DNA from: Smithella sp.
GTDB lineage: Bacteria > Desulfobacterota > Syntrophia > Syntrophales > Smithellaceae
Assembly: GCA_012522275.1 (NCBI GenBank)
Contig: JAAYKU010000052.1
Span: forward strand, 1 to 62,736
Reading direction: 5' to 3'
Length of the DNA: 62,736 nt
Each line of letters starts with the position of its first letter. Within the stretch, counting starts at the first letter, position 1. Position numbers and translations under genes: made by a program. The notes below the pieces were generated by a model that was not told the DNA's origin, searched no databases, and was given only the letters and a program-made list of their open reading frames with translations. Positions 31,241-47,145 of the stretch are shown in pieces.

Positions 31241-32434
31241 CTATGCGATAACTTTGCTTACGACACCGGCACCCACGGTTCTTCCACCTTCACGAATAGC
31301 AAAACGTAGCTGCTCTTCCATCGCGATAGGCATAATAAGCTCAACAGTCATTTTCACGTTGTCACCGGGCATCACCATCTCGACACCTTCGGGAAGTGTG
31401 GCCACACCGGTTACGTCGGTTGTCCGGAAATAAAACTGGGGACGATAGCCGGAGAAAAACGGTGTGTGACGCCCCCCCTCTTCCTTGGTCAGGATATAGA
31501 CGGCTGCTTCAAACTTGGTGTGGGGGGTAATGGATCCGGGCTTGGCGACAACCTGGCCTCTTTCCACTTCCTCGCGCTTTATGCCACGAATCAACAAACC
31601 CACGTCATCTCCGGCACGCCCTTCATCGAGGGTTTTGCGGAACATTTCCACGCCCGTGACGACAGTTTTAATCGTGGGGCGAATACCAATAATCTCAACT
31701 TCCTCCCCGACTTTGACGATACCGCGATCAACTCTTCCCGTCACGACCGTGCCACGTCCGGAAATGGTAAAAACGTCACCGACCGGCATAAGGAAGGGCT
31801 TATCCGTCTCACGCTTCGGCTCGGGAATGTAACTATCCACTGCGTCCATCAGCTCGCCGATGCACTTCGCTTCCGGCGAATTCACATCCTCGGACTCAAG
31901 AGCCTTGAGCGCCGATCCCCGGATGATGGGAATCTTGTCGCCGGGAAATTCGTACTGGGTCAGAAGCTCGCGCAGTTCCAGTTCAACGAGGTCCAGAAGC
32001 TCCGGATCATCGACCAGATCCACTTTGTTCATAAAAACGACAATGTAAGGAACCTGCACCTGACGTGCAAGGAGGATGTGTTCACGTGTCTGAGGCATCG
32101 GACCGTCGGAGGCGGCAACAACCAGGATCGCTCCGTCCATGTGCGCGGCGCCGGAGATCATGTTTTTGATATAGTCAGCGTGGCCGGGGCAATCCACATG
32201 GGCATAATGCCTTTTTTCCGTCTCGTATTCCACATGGGAGATATTGATGGTCACGCCACGCTCTTTTTCTTCCGGGGCGTTGTCAATGGAATCAAAGGCA
32301 CGAAATTCCGCATGTCCTTTTTTAGCCAGATACTTGGTGATGGCGGCAGTCAATGTTGTCTTGCCGTGGTCCACGTGTCCGACAGTACCTATATTTAAAT
32401 GCGGCTTGGTCCTTTCAAATTTTTTCTTTGCCAT
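31241..32434 (-). CDS. tuf: Elongation factor Tu
   Basis: Contains [22 protein letters not shown] and the full three-domain length (397 aa). Confidence 0.99.
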   Translation of the reverse strand: MAKKKFERTKPHLNIGTVGHVDHGKTTLTAAITKYLAKKGHAEFRAFDSIDNAPEEKERGVTINISHVEYETEKRHYAHVDCPGHADYIKNMISGAAHMDGAILVVAASDGPMPQTREHILLARQVQVPYIVVFMNKVDLVDDPELLDLVELELRELLTQYEFPGDKIPIIRGSALKALESEDVNSPEAKCIGELMDAVDSYIPEPKRETDKPFLMPVGDVFTISGRGTVVTGRVDRGIVKVGEEVEIIGIRPTIKTVVTGVEMFRKTLDEGRAGDDVGLLIRGIKREEVERGQVVAKPGSITPHTKFEAAVYILTKEEGGRHTPFFSGYRPQFYFRTTDVTGVATLPEGVEMVMPGDNVKMTVELIMPIAMEEQLRFAIREGGRTVGAGVVSKVIA

Positions 32435-32490
32435 TTCACCTTTCCTCCTTAACTTTGAATGGTTGGTTTCCTTGTCGTTAAAATTATTCC

Positions 32491-32961
32491 TTAAAATCTG
32501 TAATGGGCAAAAGCCTTGTTGGCCTCGGCCATTTTGTGAACTGCTTCACGTTTTTTGACCGCGCCACCGCGGTTATTGGCCGCGTCAATCAGCTCAGCCG
32601 CCAATTTTTCACGCATCGTCTTTTCGGTCCTCCCCTGGGCATTGGAAATAAGCCAGCGTATAGCCAGCGCCGTGCGCCTGGCCGGCACCACTTCCGTCGG
32701 CACCTGATAGGTCGAACCACCGACACGCCTTGATTTGACCTCGATAAGCGGTTTGACGTTGTTTACCGCCTTTTCGAAAAACTCCAGCGGCTGTTCCTTG
32801 ACCCTTTTTTCAATGATATCAAAAGCGCCGTATAAAATACTCTCCGCAACGCTCTTTTTTCCCTCTTTAAGCAAGGAGTTTACGAACTTTGCCACCAGCT
32901 TGCTGTTATATTTGGGATCGGGCATAATTTCCCTTTTTTCAATTTCTCGTCTTCTCGGCAT
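32491..32961 (-). CDS. rpsG: 30S ribosomal protein S7
   Basis: Starts MPRRR....R...PD.KY and contains VGG.TYQVP.EV. Tail is [10 protein letters not shown]. Confidence 0.98.
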   Translation of the reverse strand: MPRRREIEKREIMPDPKYNSKLVAKFVNSLLKEGKKSVAESILYGAFDIIEKRVKEQPLEFFEKAVNNVKPLIEVKSRRVGGSTYQVPTEVVPARRTALAIRWLISNAQGRTEKTMREKLAAELIDAANNRGGAVKKREAVHKMAEANKAFAHYRF

Positions 32962-32976
32962 TTTACTGTCCTTCGC

Positions 32977-33348
32977 TTAGCTTGGCTTTTTCGAACCGTA
33001 CTTGGAGCGTCCCTGCTTACGATCGGCCACTCCTACGGCATCCAACGTCCCTCTGACAATATGGTATCTTACGCCGGGCAAATCCTTTACACGGCCGCCA
33101 CGCACCAGCACCACCGAGTGCTCCTGCAAATTATGCCCCACTCCGGGAATATAGGATGATACTTCATACCCGCTGGTCAGACGAACACGGGCAACTTTCC
33201 GCAGGGCCGAATTGGGTTTTTTGGGCGTTGTGGTGTAAACCCTGACGCACACACCGCGGCGCTGAGGCGAACCGGCCAGGGCCGGGGCGTCTGTTTTTCT
33301 TTTGATTTTGGTTCTTCCCTTGCGAACCAGTTGACTTATTGTCGGCAT
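32977..33348 (-). CDS. rpsL: 30S ribosomal protein S12
   Basis: Starts MPTI.QL.RKGR and contains ..[16 protein letters not shown]. Confidence 0.98.
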   Translation of the reverse strand: MPTISQLVRKGRTKIKRKTDAPALAGSPQRRGVCVRVYTTTPKKPNSALRKVARVRLTSGYEVSSYIPGVGHNLQEHSVVLVRGGRVKDLPGVRYHIVRGTLDAVGVADRKQGRSKYGSKKPS

Positions 33349-33445
33349 CTTTCCTCCCGAACTTTCTGCTGTAATTTTGCAAACAGCAACAAATCGACGG
33401 TAACTAGCAATTCAAGCGGTTTCTGTCAAGCAATTTCTTGCTTTC

Positions 33446-37546
<4,101 letters not shown>

Positions 37547-37593
37547 AGATTATTCTCCTGCTTTTACAAAATACTGTTGTCAGTGCGGGAAGA

Positions 37594-41709
<4,116 letters not shown>

Positions 41710-41747
41710 ATTTTCCTTAAATACTTTTTTTAAAAAAAGAGATTACA

Positions 41748-42137
41748 TTACTTAATCTCGATTGTACCGCCCACTTCCTCGATTTTCTTCTTGATGTCGG
41801 CAGCCTCATCTTTGGATGCCGCCTCCTTGATTGGCTTGGGCACTCCTTCCACCAGGTCTTTGGCCTCCTTCAGGCCCAGACCGGTAATCGCGCGGACCAC
41901 TTTAATGACCTGAATCTTTTCCGCACCAAAACCAGTCAGCATCACGTCGAACTCTGTTTTTTCTTCAGCAGCGGCGGCGGCGCCCGCGGCCGCTCCGGGC
42001 ATCACCGCGGCAGCCATCACGGGGGCGGCTGCGGAAACTCCGAATTTTTCTTCAAGCTCCTTCACCAGAGCGGAAAGCTCCAAAACAGTCATATTTTCAA
42101 TGAATTTCACAACATCGTCTTTTGTTATTTCTGCCAT
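41748..42137 (-). CDS. rplL: 50S ribosomal protein L7/L12
   Basis: Ala-rich hinge and a C-terminal domain with ..[12 protein letters not shown]. Confidence 0.97.
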   Translation of the reverse strand: MAEITKDDVVKFIENMTVLELSALVKELEEKFGVSAAAPVMAAAVMPGAAAGAAAAAEEKTEFDVMLTGFGAEKIQVIKVVRAITGLGLKEAKDLVEGVPKPIKEAASKDEAADIKKKIEEVGGTIEIK

Positions 42138-42166
42138 TTTTGAGTTCCTCTTTAAGTATTATTTAA

Positions 42167-42691
42167 TTAGTTTAATGTTTTTTTCTGGTCACAGTAGGCG
42201 TTGAGCACCTGCACAAAGTTTCTGTGCACGCCGCTCAGTACCGAAACAAATGAAGTGGGCACGGCCGCCATGACGGAAACAAGTTTTCCCAGAAGCACTT
42301 CGCGGCCGGGCAATTCCGCCAGAGCCTCAATATCGGCTTTCGAAAGCATCTTGCCGTCAATAATCCCGACTTTTATTTCCAGTTCCGGATTTTTTTTGGC
42401 AAACTCGACTAAAGCCTTTGTCGGCGCGACCGGGTCTTTGTAGCTTAAGACAACGGCAACAGGCCATTTGAAATGCTCGGCAAGAATCTGAAAATCCGTT
42501 TCCTTCGCAGCGATGTTCAAAAGTGTATTTTTCACCACTTTCAATTCGGCATCGTTTTTGCGAAGAGCATTTCTGAGCGCTTCCATTTTTCCCACCTTCA
42601 TGGCGTTGAAACTGGTCAACACGCCCAAATTCGCCTGTTTGAGCTTCTCCTGAAGCCCGGATACAATTTGTTCTTTCGTTGTTCGATTCAA
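42167..42691 (-). CDS. rplJ: 50S ribosomal protein L10
   Basis: L10 family pattern and position. TTG start with AAGGAGG 8 nt upstream. Confidence 0.95.
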   Translation of the reverse strand: MNRTTKEQIVSGLQEKLKQANLGVLTSFNAMKVGKMEALRNALRKNDAELKVVKNTLLNIAAKETDFQILAEHFKWPVAVVLSYKDPVAPTKALVEFAKKNPELEIKVGIIDGKMLSKADIEALAELPGREVLLGKLVSVMAAVPTSFVSVLSGVHRNFVQVLNAYCDQKKTLN

Positions 42692-42951
42692 ACTGTCAGC
42701 CTCCTTTCCTAGTTATTTTACCTGAGGCCTGAAAGCCAGCTGCATACAAAAGAGAAACGGTTCATCCGCCTGATACCGATACACGTTTCCGGAAAAATAT
42801 TACCTGAAATAAGAAACTATTTTACTCAACGAGTCTCGGCAGGCCCTTTCACGTTTAAACTTACGTACCTGCTGTCTTCGACCTTTGTAATTACCGCTGC
42901 TGCGTCATGGAACGCCCTTACGAACCCCCATCCGCCATTATCAGCCTGTCA
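42692..42951 (-). promoter_or_regulatory. Long untranslated region upstream of rplJ; candidate L10 autoregulatory leader
   Basis: The 260-nt gap is the largest inside the supercluster. L10 leaders are known at this position in many bacteria. I did not verify the structure. Confidence 0.25.
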
Positions 42952-43653
42952 TCAGAGCGCGCTCTTGATATCGAGCGGATCCACCTTTACACCGGCACCC
43001 ATCGTGCTGGAAATCGATATGCTTCTGATATAGGTCCCCTTGCTCGATGCTGGTTTCAGTTTAACAATCACATCCAGAAGAGCATGTATGTTTTCCCTCA
43101 ATTTTTCGGGACCGAAAGAGACTTTTCCCACCGGAGAATGCACGATACCGGTTTTCTCTACACGAAATTCAACTTTACCCGCCTTAAGCTCTTTTACGGC
43201 ATTGGCCACCTCAAAAGTGACCGTTCCAACTTTGGGATTGGGCATCAACCCGCGCGGCCCGAGAATTTTCGCTATCTTGCCGACCGAGCCCATCATATCC
43301 GGAGTGGCGATTACCCGGTCAAATTCCAGCCAGCCCTCCCTGATTTTTTCAATGATGTCGTCACTGCCGACAAAATCCGCCCCGGCATCAAGAGCCTCTT
43401 TCTCCTTTTCGCCTTTGGCAAAAACAAGCACACGCACCGCCTTGCCCAGGCCGTTGGGCAGTACGACACTGCCACGGACCATCTGATCGGCGTGAGCCGG
43501 ATTGACGCCCAGGCGAACCGCGGCATCCACTGTCTCGTCGAACTTGGCCCCCGGCATCGACGCAACCATTTCCGTAGCCTCTTTGAGCGTATAGCGCTTC
43601 GCCGAGTCTACTTTATCCCTTGCCGCTCTAATGCGTTTACCTCTTCTTAACAT
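42952..43653 (-). CDS. rplA: 50S ribosomal protein L1
   Basis: L1 family pattern (FDETVD..V.LG.DP...DQ.VRG...LP.G.GK). Confidence 0.97.
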   Translation of the reverse strand: MLRRGKRIRAARDKVDSAKRYTLKEATEMVASMPGAKFDETVDAAVRLGVNPAHADQMVRGSVVLPNGLGKAVRVLVFAKGEKEKEALDAGADFVGSDDIIEKIREGWLEFDRVIATPDMMGSVGKIAKILGPRGLMPNPKVGTVTFEVANAVKELKAGKVEFRVEKTGIVHSPVGKVSFGPEKLRENIHALLDVIVKLKPASSKGTYIRSISISSTMGAGVKVDPLDIKSAL

Positions 43654-43671
43654 GATAAAAACCTCGTTTTA

Positions 43672-44097
43672 TTAGCCTGTTATTTCTATTCCCATGGACC
43701 TTGCCGTACCGGCAACAATCCGTATTGCGCCTTCGATATCGACGGCGTTGAGGTCGTTGAATTTCAGCTGCGCGATTTCCTGGACCTGCCTGGCCGTAAT
43801 GGTGCCTACCTTGTCCCTTTTAGGATCCGCCGCTCCTTTGGCGACTTTGGCCGCCTGTTTGAGCAGTACGGACGCAGGGGGTGTCTTGGTTATGAACGTG
43901 AAGGAGCGGTCGGCGTAAACTGTGATCACGACCGGCACGACCATGCCTTCCTGATTTTGCGTCATCGCGTTGTACGCTTTACAAAACTCCATGATATTGA
44001 CGCCGTGCTGCCCCAGTGCCGGTCCGATCGGCGGCGACGGAGTCGCCTTTCCCGCCTTGATCTGTAATTTGATGTTCGCGATAACTTTCTTTGCCAT
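43672..44097 (-). CDS. rplK: 50S ribosomal protein L11
   Basis: Contains IKLQI.AG.A.P.PP.GPALGQ.GVNIM.FCK. Confidence 0.98.
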   Translation of the reverse strand: MAKKVIANIKLQIKAGKATPSPPIGPALGQHGVNIMEFCKAYNAMTQNQEGMVVPVVITVYADRSFTFITKTPPASVLLKQAAKVAKGAADPKRDKVGTITARQVQEIAQLKFNDLNAVDIEGAIRIVAGTARSMGIEITG

Positions 44098-44158
44098 TTG
44101 AATTCACCTGATCTAAATTTTTTTATGCCGAATCGCGCGCCCTGAAATCATTGCCTTC

Positions 44159-44692
44159 CTATTGCCCCTGTGTAACCTGGATAAAATCCAGCTCCACCGG
44201 GGTTGGCCTGCCGAAGATGCTCACAATCACCCTCAATTTGCTCTTTTCAGGCCGTACCTCATCTATCACACCGTCAAAATTCGTAAAAGGGCCGTCGATT
44301 ATCTTTACGTGGTCGCCTACGTCAAATTTAAATTTTGGTTTCGGCTTGAGCGTTCCCTCGTCGATCCTGATCTTAAGATTTTCGACATCCTTGTCCGGAA
44401 TCGGCGAGGGCTTTTCCTTGCTGCCGATGAATCCGGTAACTTTCGGAGTGTTTTTTACTATATGCCAGTTGTCATCGTTCATTTCCATGCGCACAAGGAT
44501 GTACCCGGGGAAGAACTTACGCTTGGAAGTTTTCTTTTCTCCTGAAACCAGCTCCACTACATCCTCTTCAGGGATGAGGATATCGGAAAAATACTGCTTA
44601 GCCCCGGCCAGCTCGATCCGCTCCAGCAGACTCGCTTTGACTTTGTTTTCAAAGCCGGAATAAGTATGTACGACGTACCATTTAAAAGCCAT
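44159..44692 (-). CDS. nusG: Transcription termination/antitermination factor NusG
   Basis: Starts WYVVHTYSG.E and has KOW motif GD.V.I.DGPF..F.G. Confidence 0.97.
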   Translation of the reverse strand: MAFKWYVVHTYSGFENKVKASLLERIELAGAKQYFSDILIPEEDVVELVSGEKKTSKRKFFPGYILVRMEMNDDNWHIVKNTPKVTGFIGSKEKPSPIPDKDVENLKIRIDEGTLKPKPKFKFDVGDHVKIIDGPFTNFDGVIDEVRPEKSKLRVIVSIFGRPTPVELDFIQVTQGQ

Positions 44693-44695
44693 GAT

Positions 44696-44899
44696 TTAAC
44701 CCAGAATCGTCTTGACTACTTTCGCCAGAATAAAGTCCACAACTCCCAGATAGATGGCTATAATCGCCACGACCACCATCACCACGGCCGTCGAGGCCAG
44801 CGTCTGTTTACGTGTCGGCCAGGTCACTTTTTTCAGCTCCGCCCTGGCCTGCGTGAGAAACTGAAGGGCTCTGTTTATGGTCTGCTTGATTTTTTCCAT
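44696..44899 (-). CDS. secE: Preprotein translocase subunit SecE
   Basis: 67 aa with a single C-terminal TM segment and E..KV.WP.RK motif. The position before nusG is conserved. Confidence 0.9.
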   Translation of the reverse strand: MEKIKQTINRALQFLTQARAELKKVTWPTRKQTLASTAVVMVVVAIIAIYLGVVDFILAKVVKTILG

Positions 44900-44925
44900 A
44901 TCACCAGCTCTTTATCCGAATGAAG

Positions 44926-45002
44926 TGGCAGGCCAGGAGGGACTCGAACCCCCAGCATCCGGATTTGGAGTCCGGCGCTCTATCCATTAGAGCTACTGGC
45001 CT
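44926..45002 (-). tRNA. tRNA-Trp (CCA)
   Basis: Hand-folded cloverleaf: acceptor AGGCCAG/CTGGCCT, anticodon loop CTCCAAA, T-loop TTCGAGT. CCA is encoded. Confidence 0.9.
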
Positions 45003-45018
45003 GTTGTCATCCTTTTGG

Positions 45019-45168
45019 CTACTTTGTCTCCCTGTGCAGCTTGTGCCCACGGCAAAACTTGCAGTACTTCTTGATTTCCAGGCGGTTTTGCATCGTGCGC
45101 TTGTTTTTGGTTGTCGTGTAATTGCGCTGCTTACATTCCGTACAGGCTAAAATAATATTGTTTCTCAT
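45019..45168 (-). CDS. rpmG: 50S ribosomal protein L33
   Basis: Not in the ORF track. Hand translation gives [49 protein letters not shown], with GGAG upstream. Confidence 0.9.
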   Translation of the reverse strand: MRNNIILACTECKQRNYTTTKNKRTMQNRLEIKKYCKFCRGHKLHRETK

Positions 45169-45181
45169 AATTCTCCTTAAC

Positions 45182-45257
45182 TGGAGCCCACGACCAGGAT
45201 TGAACTGGTGACCTCATCCTTACCAAGGATGTGCTCTACCGACTGAGCTACGTGGGC
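45182..45257 (-). tRNA. tRNA-Thr (GGT)
   Basis: Acceptor GCCCACG/CGTGGGC, anticodon loop TTGGTAA, T-loop TTCAATC. CCA is encoded. Confidence 0.9.
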
Positions 45258-45298
45258 ACAAATCACAAAAGGCAGGTCTGCACCCGAAGAAAATACAC

Positions 45299-45374
45299 TG
45301 GAGCGGGAAACGGGATTCGAACCCGCGACCCTCAGCTTGGAAGGCTGACGCTCTAGCCCCTGAGCTACTCCCGC
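45299..45374 (-). tRNA. tRNA-Gly (TCC)
   Basis: Acceptor GCGGGAG/TTCCCGC, anticodon loop CTTCCAA, T-loop TTCGAAT. CCA is encoded. Confidence 0.9.
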
Positions 45375-45397
45375 TTGCCCGTCTATAAATAAACATA

Positions 45398-45482
45398 TGG
45401 TGGAGGGGGGAGGATTCGAACCTCCGTAGGCTCCGCCGGCAGATTTACAGTCTGCTCCCTTTGGCCGCTCGGGAACCCCTCC
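45398..45482 (-). tRNA. tRNA-Tyr (GTA), long variable arm
   Basis: Acceptor GGAGGGG/CCCCTCC, anticodon loop CTGTAAA, 13-nt variable arm. CCA is encoded. Confidence 0.9.
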
Positions 45483-45498
45483 CGTTATGCTTCTTGCC

Positions 45499-45574
45499 TG
45501 GAGCTGGCGATGGGACTTGAACCCGCAACCTGCTGATTACAAATCAGCTGCTCTGCCGATTGAGCTACGCCAGC
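45499..45574 (-). tRNA. tRNA-Thr (TGT)
   Basis: Acceptor GCTGGCG/CGCCAGC, anticodon loop TTTGTAA, T-loop TTCAAGT. CCA is encoded. Confidence 0.9.
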
Positions 45575-45662
45575 AAAACTTTTTTATTTCCAACAACATC
45601 GCAGGGCATCAGTTTTAAATTAAACGCAAAAAAGCTGCTGCACTGATTCGTGCGAATTGCAG

Positions 45663-45709
45663 TCTTTAAATTTTAAAGATGCTTTTGTCAAGTAAATTTT
45701 TAAATTTAC
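45663..45709 (-). promoter_or_regulatory. Candidate promoter with AT-rich UP-like element for the tRNA/ribosomal supercluster
   Basis: Minus strand reads TTGACA, 17-nt spacer, TAAAGA. It is preceded by the 8-bp AT palindrome GTAAATTT tt AAATTTAC. Confidence 0.35.
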
Positions 45710-45744
45710 TTCAAAAAACATTGGCCGGCGGGACAAAATGATGA

Positions 45745-46293
45745 CTATTGCTTATCGCTGAAATAATCTGCAGAAAAAACATATATCTCCGTTTCCCTGT
45801 CCTTCCACGCATCGGACAGCAGCCCGGCTTTATGGCAGGTTTCCTGAAGAAATGTTTCTGTGTCCCAGCCGTATTCCAGGGCCACCTGCGGCAGAAGCAG
45901 ACCGGAATTGTATCCGCGGACAATGTAAAGGCCATGCCTGCCGACTTCAATCTCGCCGATATCGGAAATCCTGGAAAGAGGGCTCAGGACTGATATTTCG
46001 AAACTCAAATCCTTTATCTCTTCACTCTTGAGCGACGGGAAACGCGGGTCGTGAAAGGCGGCGGCAACGGCCATTTCCTGAACCGTGTCGCTCAAAGGTT
46101 TGACCGCCTTGATATAGCCGATGCAGCCGCGCAGATGCCCCCTCTTTTTGAGCGTGACGAAAGCGCCCCGTTTTTCTTTAAGAATGGGCAAATCCGTTGC
46201 CGGTTTGGGCATCTCCCTGTTGCCCGCCTTTGCCATAATAGCTTTTTTGGCTATTTCCAAAAGAGCCTTTTTATCCGATTCTGTCAGTTCCAT
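45745..46293 (-). CDS. AMMECR1 domain protein (AmmeMemoRadiSam system protein A type)
   Basis: Hallmark LRGCIG motif in the expected context, and the ~180-aa size fits. Confidence 0.85.
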   Translation of the reverse strand: MELTESDKKALLEIAKKAIMAKAGNREMPKPATDLPILKEKRGAFVTLKKRGHLRGCIGYIKAVKPLSDTVQEMAVAAAFHDPRFPSLKSEEIKDLSFEISVLSPLSRISDIGEIEVGRHGLYIVRGYNSGLLLPQVALEYGWDTETFLQETCHKAGLLSDAWKDRETEIYVFSADYFSDKQ

Positions 46294-46316
46294 TTCTTCC
46301 TCTTTAAATTTGTGTC

Positions 46317-47135
46317 TTAATAAAATACCGCGGACGCGTAGCCTACCACTGAGCTTTTATCTCCTGTAATATCACCGGAGTCGGCATATTTAAGAAGCTC
46401 GGAATGACGCGCTCCGAGCAGCTTCGCGGCCATCATCACCGCCGCCATCGGCCCCCCCCCGCAGGCTTCGGCTTTTTTATGGTCGAGGCTTTTCATAAGC
46501 CCTTCCGCGTCATTTTGACGAATGCTGTCGAGCACAACACCATCGAGCAGGCCGGCTTGCTCATGATCATAGAAGTGGGACAGGTCCGTGCTGGCCACGA
46601 TCAGCACCCGCCTGCTTGCCGACACCCGGTGGATCACCGAAGCGAGCTCACGGCACACCTCCCGGCTTTGATCCCCCATGACCAGCGGGATGAAGCTGAA
46701 GTCACCGAGTGCCGCCTGCAGAAAGGGGAGCTGAATTTCCAGGGAATGCTCCTGCTGATGCGCCGGAGGGTAATCGATGATGATCTCGCTTAATTTCATC
46801 ATCTCAGCGGCAATCTCCTCATTGACAGGCACCACCCCCAGTGGCGTTTCATAGCCCCCCTGTCCGTACACGGAAACACCGCGAAAAGCGACCCTGTGAC
46901 TCGGCCCGACAAGAATAACCGCATCGTATTTTTTACCGTAAACGAATTTGTAGGCATAAGCCGCCACCTGGCCGGAATACATATAACCGGCATGAGGCAC
47001 GATCAGGCCGATGACCTCACCCGATATTTCTCTGTCGGGAACATTTTTCAGGTACAGGCCGAGATCAGCTCTCAAAACGGAAGGATTTGCCGGATACCAT
47101 GAGCCGGCAATAACAGATTTCCTTATTTTCCCCAT
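46317..47135 (-). CDS. Memo-like protein (AmmeMemoRadiSam system protein B type)
   Basis: Contains VAGSWYP, VPHAGYMYSG and TDLSH motifs. ATG at 47135 avoids overlap with the upstream gene. Confidence 0.85.
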   Translation of the reverse strand: MGKIRKSVIAGSWYPANPSVLRADLGLYLKNVPDREISGEVIGLIVPHAGYMYSGQVAAYAYKFVYGKKYDAVILVGPSHRVAFRGVSVYGQGGYETPLGVVPVNEEIAAEMMKLSEIIIDYPPAHQQEHSLEIQLPFLQAALGDFSFIPLVMGDQSREVCRELASVIHRVSASRRVLIVASTDLSHFYDHEQAGLLDGVVLDSIRQNDAEGLMKSLDHKKAEACGGGPMAAVMMAAKLLGARHSELLKYADSGDITGDKSSVVGYASAVFY

Positions 47136-47145
47136 AGTTCCGTCT

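Noticed and set aside
33428-33443. Small hairpin AAGCAA gaaa TTGCTT just after the rpoC stop, and a TTGACA nearby as a possible rpsL promoter
   Set aside because: The stem is only 6 bp and AT-rich, with no U-tract. The candidate -10 (TAGTTA) matches the consensus poorly.
44920-45150. 76-aa plus-strand ORF
   Set aside because: It overlaps tRNA-Trp and is antisense to the hand-identified rpmG (L33) gene.
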